Below, piece by piece: positions 1 through 12,811 of a DNA stretch of 64,000 bases (position 1 is the stretch's first letter; each line of letters opens with the position of its first letter). A program made the translations under genes and the position numbers. Origin of the DNA: an uncultured Acidobacteriota bacterium (GTDB lineage: Bacteria > Acidobacteriota > UBA6911); NCBI GenBank assembly GCA_963809485.1, contig CAWEJX010000020.1, forward strand, positions 192,001 through 256,000, written 5' to 3'. The notes under the pieces were generated by a model. That model was given only the letters and a program-made list of their open reading frames with translations, did no database searches and was not told the DNA's origin.

Positions 1-22
1 CTCCAACCACTACGGTTTTCAT
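1..22 (-). CDS. Possible 5' end of a CDS running off the window edge (MKTVVVG..., resembles a Rossmann-fold start)
   Basis: ATG at 22 on the minus strand downstream of lon; only 7 codons are visible. Confidence 0.3.
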
Positions 23-127
23 GATACGGTTCCGCTCGCAAAGCGGATGCGAGCATAAAAGCAGCCCGTGATTTTCACGAATTCCCCTCCCGCCATCCGG
101 GAGCCGGAAAAAATGTGGCCGCTTCAG

Positions 128-2575
128 CTAATGTTTCCGGGCTTTGGAAGCGGGCTTTTTGCGGATTTCGTGCGCCGGCCCCCCGAATGCATATTGAATC
201 ACATTTTCGTACCGCTCTGCAAAATTGACCGTCAGCCCTTTCTTCAGGTAGTCGGGCAATTCCTCAAAGTCTTTGCGGTTCGCTTCGGGGAATATTAGCA
301 GTTTGCATCCGACGCGGCGTGCCGCAATAACTTTTTCCTTGACCCCCCCGATGGGCAAAACCTGGCCCGTCAAAGTCAGCTCACCGGTCATGGCAAGGTG
401 TTTGCGCACCGGCCTATTCAGGATCATGGAAAGAAGAGCGGTTGCCATCGTTATGCCGGCCGAAGGGCCATCCTTCGGAGTTGCTCCCGCGGGCACGTGT
501 ATATGAACAAAGCGCTCGTCAAAAAAATCGGGCTTTGCCCCGAAGCTCTCCAGGTGGGCCATGACATAAGAATAGGCGATCTCTGCGCTTTCCACCATGA
601 CGGCTCCCAGTTGCCCCGTCTGCTTGAATCCTTTGCTCCTGCTGAGCACGGCGGTAGCCTCAATCTGCAGCGTGGCTCCCCCGAGGCTGGTCCAGGCAAG
701 ACCGGTAACGACGCCCGGTTTGTTTTCGAACATTTCGTCGGCGGTGAATACCGGCTTGCCGAGGTAACTCTCGACGTCCTGTTTCCGGATAACTTTTTTC
801 CCATCGGAGCCGCGAACGATTTCCATCACGGCTTTGCGCATTATCTTTTTGATCAGGTTCTCGAGGTTCCGCACACCGGCTTCACGAGCATAGTCATCGA
901 TGAGCAGCGCCAGGGCATCCTTGTGGATCACGACCTGCTTCTCTTTCAGACCATGGCTTTTGATCGTTTTGGGAATCAGGTACCTTCGGGCAATTTCCTG
1001 CTTTTCTTCGGAAATGTAGCCCGAGAGCCTTATGATTTCCATGCGGTCGAGCAGCGGCCGGGGGATGGTGTCGAGCTGGTTGCCGGTAGCCACAAACAGA
1101 ACGTGGGATAAATCGAAGGGAACATCCAGATAGTGGTCGCGGAAATTACTGTTCTGTTCGGGGTCCAGGACCTCGAGCAGCGCGGAGGCCGGATCTCCCT
1201 GAAATGACGCTCCGATCTTGTCGATCTCATCCAGCATAATCAGCGGATTGGAGGTGTCTACGGTCTTCATGGCCTGGAGGAACTTGCCCGGGAGCGCGCC
1301 GATATAGGTGCGCCGGTGCCCCTTTATTTCCGCCTCGTCGCGCATGCCTCCTAGCGAAAAACGGTAAAAACGCCGCCCCAGAGCGTCGGCGATGCTCTTT
1401 CCGACGGATGTCTTCCCGACTCCCGGGGGACCCACCAGGCAGAGGATGGAACCGGAAATGTCGCCTTTGAGTTTTCCCACCGCGATGAATTCCAATATCC
1501 TGTCCTTGACGTCCGCCAGACCGTAGTGGTCCCGGTCCAGAATCTGCCGCGCCCGTTCCAGGTCATAGGAATCCTGGCTGAATTTTCCCCAGGGCAGCGC
1601 CGTAAGCCAGTCGAGATAGTTGCGGGAAACCGTGTACTCGGGCGAATGGGGCTCCAGCAGCTGCAGTTTTTCCATTTCTTCGTCCACAGCTTTTTGGGCC
1701 TCCGCATTGAGGGTGAGGCCCTTGAGCCTGTCCTGGAACTTTTCGATCTCGGCCGTCTTCCCTTCCTTCTCCAGCCCCAGTTCTTTCTTGATTGCCTTTA
1801 ACTGCTCCTTCAGGAAGAATTCCCGCTGCTGGCCCGACACTTTTTCCTGGATCTGCCGGTTGATCTCCACATGCAGCTTGGATATTTCGACCTCCCTTTT
1901 CAGCAGCACCAGGACCCGGTCGATGCGCTGGCGCACATCGAAGGTCTCGAGGATTTCCTGAAGTTCGGCCCCGCTGGCGGTTGTCAGATTGGCGGCGAAA
2001 TCCGCCAGCAGGCCGGGATTGTCAAAAGTGGACCGGCTCAGAAACATTTTGATGGCTTCCGACTGCAGCGGATTGAGCTTCACGAGATCCTTGAGCGTGG
2101 TGATGATGGCCATGGAGTAAGCCTTCAATTCCTCCGTCACGGGCAACTTGTCAGGGATCTGGTATCGGACGTTGGCCACCATACCGAAGTCCGCCTTTTT
2201 GATATCCTCTATCGTAAAGCGTTCCACGCAGTTGATCAGAATGCTGGTCGATTCCCCCTCGCCGTGAAAGGCCCGGAGTATTTTCGCGGCGACACCTACA
2301 CGATACAGGTTTTCCGGGACATCGCCGCCGGCCGGATCCCGAACCAGCACCACCCCGAGCGTCTTGGAGGAATACTCGAGAGCATGGTTTACGCTGGCGA
2401 TCTGTTCCGTTCCAATTTCCAGAGGGATCGGAAGACCGGGGAACAGCGGACGGGGACGGATCGGCATGATGGGCAGGTGGGCCGGGAGCAATTCCGAAGC
2501 CAAAACCAGCGGCGACCCTTCGCTCTCAGCAGCCGTTTTCTCTAAGTCCATATCCTCTGTGATGATTTCGGTCAT
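128..2575 (-). CDS. lon: ATP-dependent Lon protease (endopeptidase La)
   Basis: LON N-domain, Walker A GPPGVGKT, HRRTYIGA, Walker B LDEIDK, catalytic PKDGPSAG (Ser) and GGVKEK (Lys). Confidence 0.97.
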   Translation of the reverse strand: MTEIITEDMDLEKTAAESEGSPLVLASELLPAHLPIMPIRPRPLFPGLPIPLEIGTEQIASVNHALEYSSKTLGVVLVRDPAGGDVPENLYRVGVAAKILRAFHGEGESTSILINCVERFTIEDIKKADFGMVANVRYQIPDKLPVTEELKAYSMAIITTLKDLVKLNPLQSEAIKMFLSRSTFDNPGLLADFAANLTTASGAELQEILETFDVRQRIDRVLVLLKREVEISKLHVEINRQIQEKVSGQQREFFLKEQLKAIKKELGLEKEGKTAEIEKFQDRLKGLTLNAEAQKAVDEEMEKLQLLEPHSPEYTVSRNYLDWLTALPWGKFSQDSYDLERARQILDRDHYGLADVKDRILEFIAVGKLKGDISGSILCLVGPPGVGKTSVGKSIADALGRRFYRFSLGGMRDEAEIKGHRRTYIGALPGKFLQAMKTVDTSNPLIMLDEIDKIGASFQGDPASALLEVLDPEQNSNFRDHYLDVPFDLSHVLFVATGNQLDTIPRPLLDRMEIIRLSGYISEEKQEIARRYLIPKTIKSHGLKEKQVVIHKDALALLIDDYAREAGVRNLENLIKKIMRKAVMEIVRGSDGKKVIRKQDVESYLGKPVFTADEMFENKPGVVTGLAWTSLGGATLQIEATAVLSRSKGFKQTGQLGAVMVESAEIAYSYVMAHLESFGAKPDFFDERFVHIHVPAGATPKDGPSAGITMATALLSMILNRPVRKHLAMTGELTLTGQVLPIGGVKEKVIAARRVGCKLLIFPEANRKDFEELPDYLKKGLTVNFAERYENVIQYAFGGPAHEIRKKPASKARKH

Positions 2576-2717
2576 TGGGACTCCCCTCTTCTTGGCGCGT
2601 TAATGTTTCATCCCGGCACATTCGTTCTGCAAACCACGAGACATCCTGCGAAACGGCGGGGCAATCCGGCTTGGAGCCCATACAATATGCGGCAGCGCAT
2701 CATCAAGCAAAAGTAAA

Positions 2718-3269
2718 TTATTTTTTCTCGGTGGCAAGCTTATTGATCACTTTAAAAACACCGGGAATTTCGTTCGCGGCAATCCCGGCCAGGTTCTTAT
2801 CCATCTCAGTCGCCACAATGCCCACCAGCGTAATATTTCCGTCCTTCACTATGATGTGAATCGGCGGGACCGATTGCATCCCATATCTTTCCAGGCCCGA
2901 CTTGGTAAAAATGGCCCGGTAGGCGGCCCTCCGGATGCGGTCGTCAGCCGGAGAAAGAGGAAGGACTTCAATTTTGTTGACCACCTTCCCCGCACCCTCA
3001 ATGCTGAGTACGGCGCTTTCCGCATCGCTTTTGACGATAGGCCTTGTGACCTGCCCGGAAAGGACCACGGTATCCACTTCCTGGATCTCAAATTCAAGGT
3101 TATCAAACACGCTATAGCTCGACAGCATGATAAGCTGATGCCGGACCTGCTGCACCAGGCGGGCGTGCACTGCTTTCAAATCCTGTTTTGTTTGAGCCAT
3201 GGAATCTGCAGCCGCCGGAATCCAGAAAATCAGAGCGGCGACCAGCATCCGTCGTACTCGATTGTTCAT
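2718..3269 (-). CDS. Periplasmic BON-domain (OsmY-like) protein
   Basis: Start reassigned to MNNRVRR (GAGGG upstream); signal peptide followed by two BON-like repeats (VVLSGQV...VVNKIEV, ITLVG...VINKL). Confidence 0.85.
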   Translation of the reverse strand: MNNRVRRMLVAALIFWIPAAADSMAQTKQDLKAVHARLVQQVRHQLIMLSSYSVFDNLEFEIQEVDTVVLSGQVTRPIVKSDAESAVLSIEGAGKVVNKIEVLPLSPADDRIRRAAYRAIFTKSGLERYGMQSVPPIHIIVKDGNITLVGIVATEMDKNLAGIAANEIPGVFKVINKLATEKK

Positions 3270-3430
3270 CTGAATTTCCCTCTCAAGTTGTTGTTTCATG
3301 AGATATTCATAAGATCCTATCGATCGAAAAACAATAGCGCAGGCCCCATGGGCGCCATATTTTGCCCGCTTTGAACATGGGATCTCGGTGGTAGCCAGCA
3401 CACCGGGAATAACGCATGCTCCGGCATTTT

Positions 3431-3478
3431 TCAAACGAGTACTGCCTCGCAGCCAAAGCCGGCGGATCTTCCAATCGA
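3431..3478 (-). repeat. Degenerate extra left end of family-B IS200/IS605-like element, abutting the right end of the adjacent copy
   Basis: Minus strand GATTGGAAGATCCGCCGGCTTTGGCTGCGAGGCAGTACTCGTTTGA aligns with the ends at 3671-3721 and 13078-13128. Confidence 0.65.
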
Positions 3479-3721
3479 GCAAGTATCCTCCGGCAGAGCC
3501 GAAGCCTTTACGGTGGATGGCCCCTCAAAGGGGTATGATTGCATCCGACACAAGAGCGAAGAGGTTCCATGCGTTATGGATGCTTGGAACCGCAGAATGT
3601 CAAATAAAGAATGATGAATTTCGAAGTCAGAGATTCGAAATTCGACATTCAATATTCTATTCAGGATTTGTCAAACTGAGGCTGCCTCACCGGCAGAGCC
3701 CGCGGATCTCCCGATGGATCA
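3479..3721 (-). mobile_element. Non-autonomous IS200/IS605-like mini-element, family B copy 1
   Basis: Homologous to 12812-13128; subterminal CGGC-(AGA)-GCC hairpins at both ends, heptamer-repeat interior, no tnpA. Confidence 0.75.
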
Positions 3722-4150
3722 GACATCCAAGACCACCGTCGCGCTCCAGCCGCCGCCTGTTTGCAGCACCTGGAGACGATGGAGTGTTACCGCTTTGACA
3801 TCCACAATCAGCTGGTGCCGCCGCGGGTCGATGGGTTCGCCTTCGGCGGCGATTGTTGCGGTCCAGGCGTCGGTGCGCCGCTCCAGGCGGACCGCCTGCA
3901 CCCGAAGCAGGAGCTGTTCCGCGTCCTTCAAGTATATAAGCTCCTGCAGGACCTGGAGCAGAAGCAGGTCTATTTCCGTATCGGAAACCTGAAAACTCCG
4001 GCGGTCCCGGCTCAGGATTGTTTCCGGGTTGCCCACCATAATATGGAGCGTTGCCTCCGCAGCCGCAGCGATCATCTCCTCCAGGGTCTGTCCCCAGGCC
4101 TCAAAGGCGGCGTCGGCCGGTGCAATGTCTTCCAGGTAGCGGTAGGGCAT
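3719..4150 (-). CDS. Archease (RtcB activator)
   Basis: N-terminal YRYLEDIAPADAAFEAWG and C-terminal DVKAVTLH...VVLDV are archease motifs; lies immediately downstream of rtcB. Confidence 0.93.
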   Translation of the reverse strand: MPYRYLEDIAPADAAFEAWGQTLEEMIAAAAEATLHIMVGNPETILSRDRRSFQVSDTEIDLLLLQVLQELIYLKDAEQLLLRVQAVRLERRTDAWTATIAAEGEPIDPRRHQLIVDVKAVTLHRLQVLQTGGGWSATVVLDV

Positions 4151-4209
4151 CGGGATTGACCTTCGGGAACCGGGATTGCGGATTCCAATTTCGAATCCCG
4201 GGTCTCTAT

Positions 4210-5676
4210 TCAGCCTTTCACATTTCCTATAGGCGTCAAACGTGCGACCTTTTTGCTGAGGCCCGCGCGCTCGGCGGCGTCCACAACATCGTCGATGTTT
4301 TTATAGGCGGCTCCGGCTTCTTCCGCAAGTCCGGCGAAGGAAGCGGTGCGCACATAGCTGCCGCGCGCTTCCATCTGCTGCTGCAGTTCTCTCCCGCGAA
4401 ATTTCTTTCTGGCCTGGCTGCGGCTCATGGTTCTTCCGCTCCCGTGAGCGGTGGAATAGAAGGTAGACCCTCCGGTCGCCGTTCCCGCCAGCAGATATGA
4501 GCCGGTCTCCATGCTGCCTCCGATGATGACGGGCTGGCCGGTTTCCCTGTAGGCGGCGGGAATTCCTTCCATATGGGGCCCGAAGGCCCGTGTTGCCCCT
4601 TTCCGGTGGACGAGGACCTCCTTCCACTCGCCATCCACCCGGTGCTTTTCGATTTTTGCGGTGTTGTGCGAAACATCGTAGACCTGCCGCAGGCCCATAT
4701 CCTCGGGACTTTTGTGAAAAACGTCGGAGAAGACTTCGCGGATGCGGTGAAGAATGACCTGCCGGTTGGCGAAGGACATGTTTATGGCGCACTTCATGGC
4801 GGAGAAATAATCCTGCCCTTCGGGTGAATGAAAAGGAGCGCACGCCAATTCGCGGTCGGGAGTCCTGATGCCGTACTTGCCCGTCATCGCCTTGACAAAA
4901 ATCTGCAGGTAATCGGTCGCGACCTGGTGTCCGAAGCCGCGGCTGCCGCAGTGAAACATCAAAACCACCTGGTCGGGGATGGTTATGCCAAAAGCTTCGG
5001 CGAGGGCCCGGTCGAAAATATCTCCGGCTTTCGCCACCTGAATTTCCAGGTAATGGTTGCCCGACCCGAGCGTTCCGATCTGCCGGTAGCCTCTCTCTAC
5101 GGCCTTCTGGCTGACTTTGGACGCATGAGCGCCGGCCATGCATCCTTCCTCTTCGGTGTTTTCCAAGTCTTCCCCGGTTCCGAATCCGTTCTTCAGGCAC
5201 CAGCGCGATCCCTTTTCGACCAGGTTGCGAAATTCGTCCTGGGAGATATTGACGAAACCGGATGCGCCGACACCGGAAGGGATGCGGGCAAAAAGCCTGT
5301 CCACGAGATTTCTCAGGTGGGGTTTGATCTCCTCGCAGGTGAAACGGGTCAGGACCAGCCGCATTCCGCAGTTCACGTCGAAGCCGATTCCGCCGGGGGA
5401 GATTACGCCGTGGCCGGGATCCATGGCCGCGACGCCGCCGATCGGGAAGCCGTAGCCCCAGTGCCCGTCGGGCATGCAGAAGGAAAACTTGAGGATACCG
5501 GGCAGAGTGGCGACATTGGTCACCTGGTCGAATACGCCTTCATCCATTTCTTCAAGGAGCGCGCGGGTTGCATAAATCCGGGCCGGAACCCTCATGCCGC
5601 TCTTATAGGAAAGCGGGATTTCCCAGATGGTGTCGGTAATTTGCTTTATGAGGGGATGGAGTTTTCGAGTCTGCAT
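4210..5676 (-). CDS. rtcB: RtcB RNA-splicing/repair ligase (archaeal/eukaryote-like subtype)
   Basis: PDGHWGYGFPIGGV, GFDVNCG, GSGNHY, HCGSRG, SHN, HRKGAT and AHGSGR motifs; start reassigned to MQTRK because the upstream codons lie inside a repeat. Confidence 0.96.
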   Translation of the reverse strand: MQTRKLHPLIKQITDTIWEIPLSYKSGMRVPARIYATRALLEEMDEGVFDQVTNVATLPGILKFSFCMPDGHWGYGFPIGGVAAMDPGHGVISPGGIGFDVNCGMRLVLTRFTCEEIKPHLRNLVDRLFARIPSGVGASGFVNISQDEFRNLVEKGSRWCLKNGFGTGEDLENTEEEGCMAGAHASKVSQKAVERGYRQIGTLGSGNHYLEIQVAKAGDIFDRALAEAFGITIPDQVVLMFHCGSRGFGHQVATDYLQIFVKAMTGKYGIRTPDRELACAPFHSPEGQDYFSAMKCAINMSFANRQVILHRIREVFSDVFHKSPEDMGLRQVYDVSHNTAKIEKHRVDGEWKEVLVHRKGATRAFGPHMEGIPAAYRETGQPVIIGGSMETGSYLLAGTATGGSTFYSTAHGSGRTMSRSQARKKFRGRELQQQMEARGSYVRTASFAGLAEEAGAAYKNIDDVVDAAERAGLSKKVARLTPIGNVKG

Positions 5677-5682
5677 TGGAGA

Positions 5683-6084
5683 GTCAGGCACCTCCGGCAA
5701 AGCCGGAGGCTTGAAAGATTTGAACCGCTCAAAGCGGTTGGACTAGTTACGCCGGTCTTGAACGCTGACTTACGCGGGCAAAAGCCGATGAGGCGCTTCC
5801 GATCCCCGTAGGGGCCAGCGCTCCGCGCTGGACAGTTTTCTGCGGCGGCACTGTGGCAAGCGCCGTGCGGCAAGGAGATGAAGGGTATGAGAAACCGGGC
5901 GTTTGCCACAGTGCCGCCGCAGAAAACCCCATCGGAAGCGCCTCATCGGCTTTTGCTCGCCGACCTTCGCCGAACAAATCGGCGTTTGTCAGCGCTTTTA
6001 TCAGCGTTTCTCAGCGTTTCAAAATACCGAGCCGTCAAACTCCTTGAGTCCCCCAGCAGAGCCGGGAGTTTGCCAATGTAATTA
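5683..6084 (-). mobile_element. Non-autonomous IS200/IS605-like mini-element, family A copy 1 (about 400 bp)
   Basis: Near-identical to 49671-50051 plus 52435-52464; right end CCGCTTTGAGCGG...AAGCCTCCGGCTTTGCCGGAGG...TGAC; left end TAATTACATTGGCAAACTCCCGGCTCTGCTGGGGGACTC...TTTGAC; no transposase. Confidence 0.85.
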
Positions 6085-6115
6085 AACCACAAAGGTCTCG
6101 AAACTCGAAGAGCAT

Positions 6116-6148
6116 AAAAAAAGCCCCGGAACAGGTCCGGGGCTTTTA
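6116..6148 (-). terminator. Rho-independent terminator of the rRNA operon
   Basis: AAAGCCCCGGA-acagg-TCCGGGGCTTT stem followed by a T-run on the minus strand just after 5S. Confidence 0.85.
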
Positions 6149-6155
6149 TATTTAA

Positions 6156-6271
<116 letters not shown>

Positions 6272-6423
6272 AAATCATAAAACGTTTCGGGTTTCGCGTT
6301 CCCCGTTGCACGGTTACCGCAGAATCGCTTTACAACCAGATAACGGCGATCAGTCTCTTCAGCCCACAACGGGAAACCGGAAACGGACGGAAACCCAATG
6401 GATTTCAAGCAGGGCAAATTTTA

Positions 6424-9449
<3,026 letters not shown>

Positions 9450-9593
9450 CACTTGAAATCAATAGATTTCATGCGGGCAATTTCTGGCCCCTTGTTGTCT
9501 ATTTACCCGTCGTTATCTGGTTGTCAAAGAACAATCCGGTAAATACCGGAGGTTAAGGACTCCACCGAGCCCTTAACTTCCGATACACCTGGT

Positions 9594-9726
9594 GTCCGCC
9601 TTCGCTTCGCTATGGCGGACAAGCCCGCTTGGCCTAGCTACCACGAAAAAGCACGGATTGCCAGCCGAAGCCCGCCTTAGATGCGGTTTATCAGCCCGCC
9701 TTCGCTCCGCTTCGGCGGGCGAAGGT
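9594..9726 (-). repeat. REP-like hairpin module directly 3' of tRNA-Ala
   Basis: Two CCGCC-N-GCGAAGGCGG hairpins plus GCTTCGGCTGGCAA; shares motifs with 9819-9892. Confidence 0.65.
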
Positions 9727-9802
9727 TGGTGGAGGTAAGCGGATTTGAACCGCTGACCCCCTGCTTGCAAAGCAGGTGCTCTTCCAGCTGAGCTATACCC
9801 CC
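9727..9802 (-). tRNA. tRNA-Ala (UGC)
   Basis: GGGGGTATAGCTCAGCTGG...TTGCAA...GTTCAAATCC...CCA; 76-nt cloverleaf. Confidence 0.97.
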
Positions 9803-9818
9803 GATATGCGCGCTTTCG

Positions 9819-9892
9819 TCCCGCCTTCGCGCTGCTTCGGCGGGCAGCCCTCGCTAAAACCCCGGCTTGCCAGCCGGAGCTTTAGCAAAGGC
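9819..9892 (-). repeat. REP-like hairpin module directly 3' of tRNA-Ile
   Basis: GCCTTTGCTAAAGCTCCGGCTGGCAAG...GCCCGCCGAAGCAGCGCGAAGGCGGG. Confidence 0.65.
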
Positions 9893-9969
9893 TGGTGGGC
9901 CTAGGTAGAGTCGAACTACCGACCTCACCCTTATCAGGGGTGCGCTCTAGCCAACTGAGCTATAGGCCC
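9893..9969 (-). tRNA. tRNA-Ile (GAU)
   Basis: GGGCCTATAGCTCAGTTGG...CTGATAA...GTTCGACTC...CCA; 77 nt. Confidence 0.97.
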
Positions 9970-10079
9970 ATCTTCGTTATCAGCCATTACCCGCTCTTTC
10001 AACTGCGGGTCCAAAGCTTGTTGGCCAGCGATCCTAGATCTTTGAAAACTAGATAGGCGTGCCGGTCACCCCATTCCCT

Positions 10080-11624
<1,545 letters not shown>

Positions 11625-11696
11625 ACTCGAAGAGTCCTGAATCCGAAGATTCAGGCAACTGGTATTTCTCTTAGGAATAGGTGTGTTGGACACGCA

Positions 11697-11720
11697 CTAT
11701 CTAGTTTTCAAAGATCTAGG
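11697..11720 (-). promoter_or_regulatory. rrn leader boxA-like element / 16S processing stem arm
   Basis: CCTAGATCTTTGAAAACTAGATAG is exactly complementary to the segment 3' of 16S (about 10033-10056). Confidence 0.75.
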
Positions 11721-11729
11721 CAGTCATAA

Positions 11730-11758
11730 ATCTTAGAACTTAAAACTCAGCTTGTCAA
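11730..11758 (-). promoter_or_regulatory. rrn promoter (proximal), sigma70-type
   Basis: TTGACA-N17-TAAGAT. Confidence 0.8.
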
Positions 11759-11864
11759 GTTGGGCTGAAATTTTACCAGATTTACAACCGACGAAGGATT
11801 TACCCAATCAGCAGACTGAGAATCCAGCCTCTAAAATCCGTTCAGCGATAAAGAAGCAGCTCCT

Positions 11865-11893
11865 ATCTTAGGCGGAACCGCTTCGTTTGTCAA
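11865..11893 (-). promoter_or_regulatory. rrn promoter (middle), sigma70-type
   Basis: TTGACA-N17-TAAGAT. Confidence 0.8.
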
Positions 11894-12001
11894 GCAGGTT
11901 TAATCATGCCCTTGCGCCGATTAAACTTACCCCATCGACTGACGAATCCTCAAGATTTCAAATAGTAAGCAAACACTCAATCTCATTGATTGAGAGCGTG
12001 C

Positions 12002-12030
12002 ATAATACCGATCCGGCGGAGTCATGTAAA
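12002..12030 (-). promoter_or_regulatory. rrn promoter (distal), sigma70-type
   Basis: TTTACA-N17-TATTAT. Confidence 0.65.
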
Positions 12031-12206
12031 GCCCAAAATGCATGAATTTGCGCTTTTCTTTACCTTTTTGTCTAAAAAATCCCTGCCCGGCATGCCTCCC
12101 CGGGTTTTGCGGGTCTGCCGTCGAAAATCCCGGCAATCATCAGTAAAATCAATCCCATTCGGAGTGTCCCGTTCGGCAATTCCCATCATGGACATTTCCC
12201 CGGAGA

Positions 12207-12794
12207 TCACTTAGAACCGGAATCAAACCTGTCCAGCATCAGTGCGATCGCCCGCCAGTAGATCTGATGCTCCTGTTCAAGGATGCGGGCGGAAAGCGTT
12301 TCTTCGGTATCCCCATCCAAAACCTCTACGGCGCGCTGCAGCAGGATCGGCCCCGTATCCACTCCTTCATCCGCAATGTGTACCGTGCAACCGGACACCT
12401 TCACTCCGTGCTGAAGAGCCTGGCGCTGCGCGTGCAGCCCCGGAAAAGATGGAAGCAGCGCAGGGTGTATATTCAGGATCCTGTTCGGGAATGCCTTCAG
12501 CAAAACGGGGCTGATGATGCGCATGAATCCGGCCAGACAGATCAGCGCCGGGTCATAGGACCGCAGCGTATTCACAAGCATCCCGTCATACTCGGCCCGC
12601 TCCACGCCGGCCGAGGAAAGGCATACGGCGACCAGGCCGAAGTCGCGAGCCCGCGCCAGTCCCGCGGCACTTGCGACATTGCTGATAACGCAGCCGATGC
12701 GGGCATTCAGATCCCCGCGCTGAATCGCTTCGTGGATGGCTACGAAATTTGATCCGCGGCCCGAGAGAAGTATGGCAATGTTGCGATTTTCCAT
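12207..12794 (-). CDS. purN: Phosphoribosylglycinamide formyltransferase
   Basis: ILLSGRGSN, LAGFMRII, NIHPALLPSFPG and DTGPI motifs; start reassigned to MENRN because the upstream ORF extension is repeat DNA. Confidence 0.96.
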   Translation of the reverse strand: MENRNIAILLSGRGSNFVAIHEAIQRGDLNARIGCVISNVASAAGLARARDFGLVAVCLSSAGVERAEYDGMLVNTLRSYDPALICLAGFMRIISPVLLKAFPNRILNIHPALLPSFPGLHAQRQALQHGVKVSGCTVHIADEGVDTGPILLQRAVEVLDGDTEETLSARILEQEHQIYWRAIALMLDRFDSGSK

Positions 12795-12811
12795 GGCATC
12801 ACCCGCCTTAG

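Noticed and set aside
4210-5676. Intein in RtcB
   Set aside because: The length (488 aa) is normal and the motifs are contiguous
5646-6085. Small ORFs conserved between family-A copies (e.g. MANARFLIPF..., MFGEGRRAK...)
   Set aside because: Conserved only because the DNA repeat is near-identical; no HUH/Tyr TnpA or TnpB motifs, and their ends differ between copies
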